Both the position numbers and the translations under genes were made by a program. The notes beneath the pieces were generated by a model. The model did no database searches, had not been told where the DNA came from, and saw only the letters and a list, made by a program, of their open reading frames with translations. Below, one piece after another: positions 56,737-64,000 of a stretch of DNA of 64,000 nt; position 1 is the first letter of the stretch; every line of letters begins with the position of its first letter. Origin of the DNA: Naegleria gruberi. Its lineage: Eukaryota. Where the stretch lies: NCBI GenBank assembly GCA_000004985.1, contig GG738895.1. One strand, 5' to 3'.

Positions 56737-58272
56737 TTATTGTCCCTTGATACGATTGTAACATAGATGAGAATATCCACAACATTCCAACACAAAATCA
56801 ACATCATCCCAATATGTATCTCTAATTAATCCAAGAACTTGATGATTTCTCTCAATACACTTTTTCATAATATCTTTCTTTGATTTCATTGATTTTGGAA
56901 GATGTTGATATACCATTGCGTTCGCAGCCATACATTCACTAATGAATTTTACATCGCCTTTGATGCTTGGATCAATGTGAGGAAATACAGTTGGATTAAC
57001 CTTAATGGCATTCAAGAGGAGTGATCGATCTTTGATTGTGGAAATGTACTTTGGAAATTCACTCAAATAGCTCAATGACTTGCTTAGTAGAGCTTGAATA
57101 ATTTCTGTATCATCTTGGAATTCTTTGTATTTGTAAAACAAATGGTGTGATTTTGAAATTATTGTTAGAATTATTTCTCTATCCTTCTGGAATTGAGTTG
57201 GAAAAGAGAAATATGCATTTGGACACATTTCTGCAAGTTTCAAGTGGAATTGTCTACTATGCTTTAGTTTTGCACTAATTAATGGATATACACTCAAAGG
57301 ATCTGACATTATGGCTTCAAGATAAAGCTCTTCATCCTGGTCAAACAAGCAATATTGAAGAGCTCTGGGATTGGCTTTAACCATTTCTCTCATTAGATAT
57401 CCATCATTTTTTCTTTCAAAATCTAAATAGTTCAATATATTAGGTTGTACCTTTACAACACTCAATAGAAAATCTCTGTCATAGTATAATTGACTATCAA
57501 TATCAAGTAATTTTTCTGGAAATGCCTTTAAGTAATTCATAACAATCTCTTTGTCAGATTGTAATCTCTGATCTACATATACTAAATAAGTAAATATTTG
57601 AGAATGCAATTGAACTGCTTCTAAAATAATTTCTCTCCATTTCACAACATCTTTACATTGAGATATAAGCACAGGATTATTGCTCAACACTTTTAAAATT
57701 GCTTTTTTATCCATTTCCAAATCATAACAATCCAAACTATTGATTGAAGAAACTAAATATTTTACAATTTCAATATCATTTGTAATGAGTGCCTTATCAG
57801 TCACATAATCCACAACTTTACAATTATTCCTCACAGCTTCCAACACTAATTCTCGATCAGCTCTCAATTTCACATCAGCATATTTCAACAACCATCCATC
57901 AATCTTGACTAATTTCATGAATAATTGCTTATTACTCTGTAGTGATTTGTCCATGAAGGAAATTGCTGTTTTTTCATTACAAATTGCTTCATAGACAAGA
58001 GAAGCATCTCTCCGAATATTTTCATCAGCATATTTCAAAGCAATTCCCTTCTTTTTCACAACTTTGAACATCCAATCCCGATCGGAGGAGATGGCCTTCA
58101 CAAGTGTTTGCAATCCACCACGACAGTTTATCAAATTTTCAAAGAGGATGGTTTTGTAAATTTCCAATCTTCTATAATCTATGGAGAGGTACTTTTTTCG
58201 TAGCCAAAAGGACCCGAGAGGTGCATCAGAGAGAAGAATTTTCACTGGAATTTCTTCATCAAATTGTTGCAT
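56737..58272 (-). CDS. DUF4116-repeat protein (511 aa)
   Basis: The track start 58305 is TTG. The first ATG is 58272 (MQQFDEEIPVKILLSDAPLG..). It carries at least 8 tandem repeats of about 45-50 aa of the type ALKYADENIRRDASLVYEAICNEKTAISFMDKSL / LLKYADVKLRADRELVLEAVRNNCKVVDYV, characteristic of DUF4116. Confidence 0.6.
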   Translation of the reverse strand: MQQFDEEIPVKILLSDAPLGSFWLRKKYLSIDYRRLEIYKTILFENLINCRGGLQTLVKAISSDRDWMFKVVKKKGIALKYADENIRRDASLVYEAICNEKTAISFMDKSLQSNKQLFMKLVKIDGWLLKYADVKLRADRELVLEAVRNNCKVVDYVTDKALITNDIEIVKYLVSSINSLDCYDLEMDKKAILKVLSNNPVLISQCKDVVKWREIILEAVQLHSQIFTYLVYVDQRLQSDKEIVMNYLKAFPEKLLDIDSQLYYDRDFLLSVVKVQPNILNYLDFERKNDGYLMREMVKANPRALQYCLFDQDEELYLEAIMSDPLSVYPLISAKLKHSRQFHLKLAEMCPNAYFSFPTQFQKDREIILTIISKSHHLFYKYKEFQDDTEIIQALLSKSLSYLSEFPKYISTIKDRSLLLNAIKVNPTVFPHIDPSIKGDVKFISECMAANAMVYQHLPKSMKSKKDIMKKCIERNHQVLGLIRDTYWDDVDFVLECCGYSHLCYNRIKGQ

Positions 58273-58368
58273 TTTTTCTAAAATTGGAAAGAAAAAATTG
58301 TACAAAATATTTACAAATTTATTTAATAATTTAAATTACACTCGCTTCTAACTATATACTATTAATAA

Positions 58369-59445
58369 TTATTTTCTCAAATTTCTGGAATAGGCCTTGC
58401 TAACTTGTTCCATTGAAGGTGCACAATAATTGAGTGAACCAAACGCAAATGCATCACCTGCACCAGCTCCTGTAGTATTAACACAATTACTAGCAGTAGT
58501 AAACATGAAGGGGTTACACTCGGACAAGTTTTGGCAGTTCAATAATTGCTTAGTATTTGAAGAGGTAAATGCAAAAGCTTGAACTTGAGCAATATTGAGA
58601 TTGGATGTCATTTTGTGAACTTCAGAAAGTAATTCTTCTGTTTTCATATTCTTGACAGCTTCTTCACCTAATTCCTTAATCTTAGCAGCAACAACTGTAT
58701 CCATGGCATCATCTTCAATACATCCATTGATAATTAAATTTGGAATCTTATTAGCATCTGTCAATAATAAACATTTACCATCAGTTTTTGTTGCCAAATA
58801 ATCCATAAATAATGTTAATTGTTGATCTTCTTTTGCTCTTTCACAAATAATATTGTAAAAGACTACATTCTTTTCTTGAAGTTCAGTACCAATTTTAACC
58901 CAATCAATCTTTTGGCCTTGTTCATCCAAGCAACCATTTGGGTAGCTATCACCACTTGCATTCATTCCATGTGGAGGAGCATCAGCAACCCAAACAACAA
59001 TCTTCTTACCCTTCTTATTGAATGGCATTTCATTGACAACTTTGAGTGCAGATGCCAAAGCTTCCGGATAGTCACCTCCACCTTGAGCTGACATGGTATT
59101 AATATATTCTTTGGCATTGTTAATATCCTTAGTGAAAGGGAATTCCTTAACGGCATAATCATCAGTGTGATCTCTATAACTGACAGCTGTAAATCTCAAA
59201 TCAGTTTTAAAATGTTCATGAAGTGTTGTGATAATTGTAGCGACTGTGTTCTTTGCTACATTAATTTCACCAGACATTGAACCAGTACAATCCATAACAA
59301 TAACTAAATCAACAATCTTGTCACTGTGATCTATTAATTCTTGATCATAACCATCTTGTTGTTTATGATCGGCACGAATCAATTTTCCCATTTGGGGTAT
59401 TATTTGGGGTATTGTGGAATGAGGATAAGAGAAAGAGAATGACAT
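58369..59445 (-). CDS. von Willebrand factor type A (vWA) domain protein (358 aa)
   Basis: ATG start at 59445. The MIDAS motif DLVIVMDCTGSMSGEI, then ..VSYRDH..GGGDYPEALASAL..IVVWVADAPPHG, is a canonical vWA fold. It resembles the vWA modules N-terminal to alpha-kinases or copine-like proteins, but no second domain is present. Confidence 0.65.
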   Translation of the reverse strand: MSFSFSYPHSTIPQIIPQMGKLIRADHKQQDGYDQELIDHSDKIVDLVIVMDCTGSMSGEINVAKNTVATIITTLHEHFKTDLRFTAVSYRDHTDDYAVKEFPFTKDINNAKEYINTMSAQGGGDYPEALASALKVVNEMPFNKKGKKIVVWVADAPPHGMNASGDSYPNGCLDEQGQKIDWVKIGTELQEKNVVFYNIICERAKEDQQLTLFMDYLATKTDGKCLLLTDANKIPNLIINGCIEDDAMDTVVAAKIKELGEEAVKNMKTEELLSEVHKMTSNLNIAQVQAFAFTSSNTKQLLNCQNLSECNPFMFTTASNCVNTTGAGAGDAFAFGSLNYCAPSMEQVSKAYSRNLRK

Positions 59446-59917
59446 CTTGGTTTTATGTATTGCTATTTTTTTTTGGTTTTGTTTTATATATACGTGTTAT
59501 TACTGCAAAGAAGTTCCATGTTCAGCAATTCTATGTTTGTGAATTCCTTTGCACTGTGAGTCAATGACTCACCTAATCACTGATTGACCAATAAATTATG
59601 CTGAACCAATTACTTTTCATTCAATAATTATGTCTCTAGTGAGACTTGCAATTCTCAATTCCATTAAATGAATTACTTGAATATTCGTCAGCCTTTAACT
59701 TGTTCTTTGTTTGAGAGAATGATGGCTTATTGCTCCTTTGCCGTTTTTAAAAAAGCTTATTATCAATTGCAATCTCAATTCTCTCTCATTTGAAACTTTT
59801 CCCGCCAAAGTACTTTAATGATGGCGGGAAATGTTTACTTAACTAAAAAAATAATGCAAAAAACTCTCATCTAAATTACATCAATTTTCATATCATCATT
59901 AAACCTTAGTGGATATA

Positions 59918-62900
59918 ATGTCATCATCTAGAGCAAATACTCCCTCTAAAAAGGTGCAAATGACTAACGAAGTTTATCATTCCCCTGGAGGGACTATGCA
60001 ACAATTAGTATCTATCAGTGATTTATCTGAGAAGGATCTTGCAAAAGTGTATTCTTGTTGTTTCCCTAAAGGATCAAAATTTTCGGTGGCCAGATGTGGA
60101 TGCGGATACTTGCATCCATTCATTTCCATTCCTTCTTGTTCTCTACAACAAATCTTATCCAATTCTTTGGACCACAGCTTTGAAAAAACAACAATTAATG
60201 AACATCCTCAAAAGATAATCATTAGACGTACGCCACAAAAAGAAGTCTCTGTGTTTTTTGATGCAGAAGCTGCAGATAAAAACAAAACTCTAATGCACAA
60301 TATTGATGAAGGAATAATTTATCAAAGAAATGAAAGGAAATTTAATACCAATAATCTAACAGCTAATTTGGCTTCATTGCTCGGATCAGATGATTTTCCT
60401 TTAAATCAAAACAATAATACAACACTCCCTAACCAAGTTCAGCTTCATGATCGTTCGAAAATTACCTCAGGAATGGAAAACTTAATTCAAGAATTTGAAA
60501 ATCAAATTAAATCTCTGAGGGAACAATTGGATCATATTACTTCGGAAAAGAAACTAATTGAGGTTACTACACACACAATAAGCGAAAAGGCTTCCAAACA
60601 ATCGGAAGAAATAGAAAAGTTACTTGATGAGAAAAACCAACAGAGAGAAAGAATTCACCAACTCAGAAAACTGTTAGCAAAATATGAAGAATTGAGCCAA
60701 AAGAGAGATACTGAGAAGAATGAAATGCAGAACGAACTAAAGAAACTAAAGAGTAAATTCGAAAGTGAGTCTGCACTATCTAATGACAAATTGAAAAACA
60801 CCATTCAAGAAAGAGAATTAGAGATTGAAAAATTAAGAGGTCAGATCTCAATTATCAATACTGTAGCAAACCAAGCTGCTGATACGAAACAGGAACTTGA
60901 AAAAAGAGAGAACGAGTTACAAATTCTCCAACAAGATCTCCACAATGCGCAAATGGATCTGATAGGGAAAGAAAAGGCGTTTTCTTTAATATCTATAAAG
61001 CTTGAAAATGAACAAGACTTGCACACTAGGTCAAAACGAGATGTACAAACACTTTCCAATACTATTCAAAAGAAAGAAAAAGAAAATGATCTTCTAAATC
61101 AAAATCTTGAAAAAGAGAGAGGAAATTATTCATTACTTATAGAGAAATACCAAAATTTGGAGGCAAAATTTATGCAAGACCAGAAACATCTAGCAAGATT
61201 AGAGCAAGATTTTACTCACAATGAATCTGCAATGGAGGCGCTTAAAAAGAAGTATGATAAGGTTATAGAGTTAAAGGAAGATTTAGAAAAGCAGATAAAA
61301 GCAAAGTCTCTAGAATTAACTTGTCGGGAGGAGGAATTTGTGCGGGAACTTGAGAAAAGGAAAACAGACTATGAAACTAAATTGAAGAATATTACTTCTC
61401 AGATCGAAAAGTTGAAATCTGAAAACACAGTATTAATCTCAAAAGAAGAGCAACTTTCTAGTCTTCAAAAAGAAGCTGAATCCAAGCTACAAGAGTACAG
61501 GGATAAAATAGATGATTTAGACCTGCAAATTCAAATGTTAAAGGCGAAAAATCAACAAAAAGAAAACGAATTACTGGAGACAAAACTAATTTTGGAAAAG
61601 ACGGAGATGGAAACTAGAGAACACGAACAAAAAATGATTGAGCAACAAGAAGTGCTTTTAAAGAATATTTGTGATTTAGAAAATGAAAATTCAAAACTAG
61701 TGCCAGAACTAGATCAATGGAAATCAAGTTGTCTTGGTTTTGAGGAAAGAATCAAACATCTTGAGGAGGAATTGAAGACAGCAAAGAGGAATTATACCGA
61801 AGCCTTAGAAGAAGTAAATTCAGTACAAAAGAAATTTAATGACATGAGAGAATATTCTGATGATCTGGAAAAAAAGCTTTCCGACCAAAAAGAAAACATG
61901 GAAACCCAGCTAGTGGAACTGCATAAGGAAAATAAGGCCTTGGGTGAGATGAACTCTAATTCAAAAGTCATAGCTGACCAATTAAAACAGGAGATCAAAA
62001 ATAAGATAGATACTTTAGACTCCATCACTGAATTGGTTAAACAAAAGGAAAATTCAGTCGAAAATCTATTTACTGAAATAACCAATCTAAAGAAATTAAT
62101 TGAAGAAAAAGAAAACCAATTCAGTTCAAAAGAAGAAAAGTTACAAAGTAAGGTTAAAGAGCTCAATGATGTAATTGATTCTAAAACGAAGGAAATTAAT
62201 GTTAGTGAATCCGATATGAGAGAGATGAAATCAGAACGAAATGTTTTAATTGTTAAATACCAAGAAATATCTAGATCATTAGATCAAGCGTTGGAAAAAA
62301 ATAAGGTCCAGAATGAAACAATTCGGGATTTGACTGAAAAGATAAGCACGATCGAAAAAGATATGTCTAAGAAGCAATCCTCTATCGACAATCAAGAAAT
62401 AGAGATTAAGCTTTTGAGGCAAGAAATATTTGAGAAAGATGCCCAATATCATTCTCTCAGAACCATTGCTCTGGGTGATTTGGAGCACAAACTAAAGAAA
62501 AAGAGTGAAGAGCTAGAAAATCAAAAAAAGAACTATGAACAAGATATCTATCTTTTAAAGTCTCATTTGGAAGAAAGCAAAACACTTTTCGAGAGCAAGG
62601 TTGAATTGATAAATGAGCTTGAGGATGAAATAACCTCTTTGAAAAATGATGCCAAAGAAAAAGAAAAGGAAATTACTAGCTGGCTGAAAACTTTTGACAA
62701 CGCAAAGGACAATTATCAGAAAGAAGTTGAAGAGCTTAGTTGTAGGATTAATACACTTCAGGAAGAGTTGATGATTAAAGAAAAGACATTAACTGATCTG
62801 GAGAAAGATAAACTAATTCTTGGAACAGAACTCAGCAACATGGAGGCTTCACTTAAGGTAAAGAACCAAGAATTGGAAGAATTAGGAAGCTCTATGGATA

Positions 62901-64000
62901 TTATTGACTCGTTACAACAAGAAAACGAAAGGTTAAAACTCAGCCAACTAGAACAAGCAGAAGAAGTGGAGAGATTATCATCAGATTTGTTATCAAAAGA
63001 AAATGATATCATAAAATTGCAAGAAGAAAAAACTAAACTGGATAACGAGTTGGGTGTGCTTTCCAAACGACTAGAAGAGCTTGAAGAAGTAAATGAAGAA
63101 AAGAACAATTCTATATCTTTCTTTGTAGAACAGCACGAGTTAATATCCAACGAAATTAAGGATAAAACAAAGAATATTGAGGTTTTATTGGCAAGAGTGG
63201 ATGAATTAAAAGATTCCAAAGCTTCTTTAGAAGAAACCATTAAAGAAGTTAAACAAGATCTTGCACGTAGAATTGATTTAGTTAGCACACTAGAGAAGAA
63301 CCTCTCAGAAAAGGAATCCGAAATCCAACAATTAAAGGAAGAAAGCTTAAAGGAAATGAACTCCTTGGAAAAGAAGATAATTGATAAACAAGAAGAAATA
63401 GAAAGAATATCAATACAAGCTGAAAAACAAAAGAAGAACTTGTCTTCAACAATCCAAGATTTAGAAGAATCTTTAGCAGAAAAGGAGAAAAAGGAGAAGA
63501 AGTTGATTGGATCTTATTCAGAGACGAATATTAAAATGTCAGAACTATCAACCAAGTTAGAGGCCCTTGAGATAGAAAAGAGCAAGAATGAAAATGAAAT
63601 TGAAAGATTGATGTCTGAGTTAAGCTTAAGGGATTCAGAAATTAATCAAATGAACGAGAAGAATAAGGCCCTTGTTCAAGAGTTAGAAACCTTCTCTGAA
63701 AAATTAGATACACTGGAAAAAGCGAAAAAAAAAAGCGAAACAACTTGCTCACATCTTGAGGAACAAAAAGTGCACGACGATCAAAAACTCAAAATTCTTG
63801 GAAACGAAAGGCTGGAGTTGAAACAACAGTTAGCAAGCTTTGAAAATGAGATTACTCTCTTGAAACACAAATTAAGTCTTTTTGAAAAGAATAATTCTGA
63901 TATGAAACAAGATTTAATGAACAGTTTGGAGAATGCAGATCTGATTGAACAAGAATTAAAGCTACTCAGAATGAATTTTAAGAAAGAGAAAGAGTTATTA
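59918..64000 (+). CDS. Giant coiled-coil protein, 5' part (more than 1360 aa), running off the window end
   Basis: ATG at 59918. Frame +2 stays open to position 64000. The ORF track shows no long ORF here because no stop is reached; only short antisense ORFs are listed. A Cys-rich N-terminal 150 aa is followed by a continuous Glu/Lys/Leu heptad-rich sequence of SMC, golgin or centrosomal type. Confidence 0.55.
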   Translation, partial: MSSSRANTPSKKVQMTNEVYHSPGGTMQQLVSISDLSEKDLAKVYSCCFPKGSKFSVARCGCGYLHPFISIPSCSLQQILSNSLDHSFEKTTINEHPQKIIIRRTPQKEVSVFFDAEAADKNKTLMHNIDEGIIYQRNERKFNTNNLTANLASLLGSDDFPLNQNNNTTLPNQVQLHDRSKITSGMENLIQEFENQIKSLREQLDHITSEKKLIEVTTHTISEKASKQSEEIEKLLDEKNQQRERIHQLRKLLAKYEELSQKRDTEKNEMQNELKKLKSKFESESALSNDKLKNTIQERELEIEKLRGQISIINTVANQAADTKQELEKRENELQILQQDLHNAQMDLIGKEKAFSLISIKLENEQDLHTRSKRDVQTLSNTIQKKEKENDLLNQNLEKERGNYSLLIEKYQNLEAKFMQDQKHLARLEQDFTHNESAMEALKKKYDKVIELKEDLEKQIKAKSLELTCREEEFVRELEKRKTDYETKLKNITSQIEKLKSENTVLISKEEQLSSLQKEAESKLQEYRDKIDDLDLQIQMLKAKNQQKENELLETKLILEKTEMETREHEQKMIEQQEVLLKNICDLENENSKLVPELDQWKSSCLGFEERIKHLEEELKTAKRNYTEALEEVNSVQKKFNDMREYSDDLEKKLSDQKENMETQLVELHKENKALGEMNSNSKVIADQLKQEIKNKIDTLDSITELVKQKENSVENLFTEITNLKKLIEEKENQFSSKEEKLQSKVKELNDVIDSKTKEINVSESDMREMKSERNVLIVKYQEISRSLDQALEKNKVQNETIRDLTEKISTIEKDMSKKQSSIDNQEIEIKLLRQEIFEKDAQYHSLRTIALGDLEHKLKKKSEELENQKKNYEQDIYLLKSHLEESKTLFESKVELINELEDEITSLKNDAKEKEKEITSWLKTFDNAKDNYQKEVEELSCRINTLQEELMIKEKTLTDLEKDKLILGTELSNMEASLKVKNQELEELGSSMDIIDSLQQENERLKLSQLEQAEEVERLSSDLLSKENDIIKLQEEKTKLDNELGVLSKRLEELEEVNEEKNNSISFFVEQHELISNEIKDKTKNIEVLLARVDELKDSKASLEETIKEVKQDLARRIDLVSTLEKNLSEKESEIQQLKEESLKEMNSLEKKIIDKQEEIERISIQAEKQKKNLSSTIQDLEESLAEKEKKEKKLIGSYSETNIKMSELSTKLEALEIEKSKNENEIERLMSELSLRDSEINQMNEKNKALVQELETFSEKLDTLEKAKKKSETTCSHLEEQKVHDDQKLKILGNERLELKQQLASFENEITLLKHKLSLFEKNNSDMKQDLMNSLENADLIEQELKLLRMNFKKEKELL

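Noticed and set aside
1-64000. Ciliate-type or other non-standard genetic code; prokaryotic features (operons, CRISPR, RBS)
   Set aside because: Conserved proteins terminate at TAA, TAG or TGA exactly where their orthologs end, and none of these codons appears inside conserved domains. Spliceosomal introns and pol III tRNA/5S genes mark this as a standard-code nuclear eukaryotic sequence.

Overview
This is a gene-dense, A+T-rich nuclear segment of a unicellular eukaryote, not a prokaryote. Stops follow the standard genetic code, and start codons sit in an A-rich AAAATG context.

I resolve about 40 protein-coding genes on both strands. Many are interrupted by very short spliceosomal introns of 38 to 96 nt. 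Donors are GTAAGT or GTATGT, with a few GTGGGT, GTAGGT, GTTTGT and GTAAAT. A [A/T]TAAC branch-like motif often lies 6 to 12 nt upstream of the acceptor AG. Two internal micro-exons (10 nt and 16 nt) are needed to keep reading frames open. There are also four RNA polymerase III genes: one dispersed 5S rRNA and tRNA-Asp(GTC), tRNA-Glu(CTC) and tRNA-Pro(TGG), each followed by a T-run terminator.

Genes I can support from conserved motifs include the 3' end of a sphingolipid delta4-desaturase, a GT32 (Och1/Sur1-like) glycosyltransferase, a 7TM-RGS protein, a ULK/Fused-like Ser/Thr kinase, a major-vault-protein-like gene, a secreted S53 sedolisin, a cytochrome P450, RNA polymerase III subunit Rpc5, prefoldin-1, Vps28, APC11, katanin p80, complex-I subunit NDUFA9, an AIFM1-type apoptosis-inducing factor, tRNA-splicing endonuclease Sen2, a PPTC7-like PP2C phosphatase, a UBX protein, mitochondrial ribosomal protein uS9m, fibrillarin, a Nudix hydrolase, a DUF4116-repeat protein, a vWA protein and several coiled-coil proteins.

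Codon usage (AGA, TTG, GGT, CCA, GCT) and the intron signals look yeast-like. The gene content (katanin p80, vault protein, sedolisin, 7TM-RGS, DUF4116) does not fit budding or fission yeasts, so I cannot settle the lineage. A zoosporic or early-diverging fungus, or an amoebozoan-like protist, is possible.

The most unusual local structures are a tandem family of three paralogous secreted/membrane domains (14.8 to 18.8 kb) with a frame disruption, a TTCGAA palindrome cluster upstream of its third member, and the two micro-exons.

All exon boundaries were derived by hand from frame continuity and splice motifs. They are inferences, not database hits.
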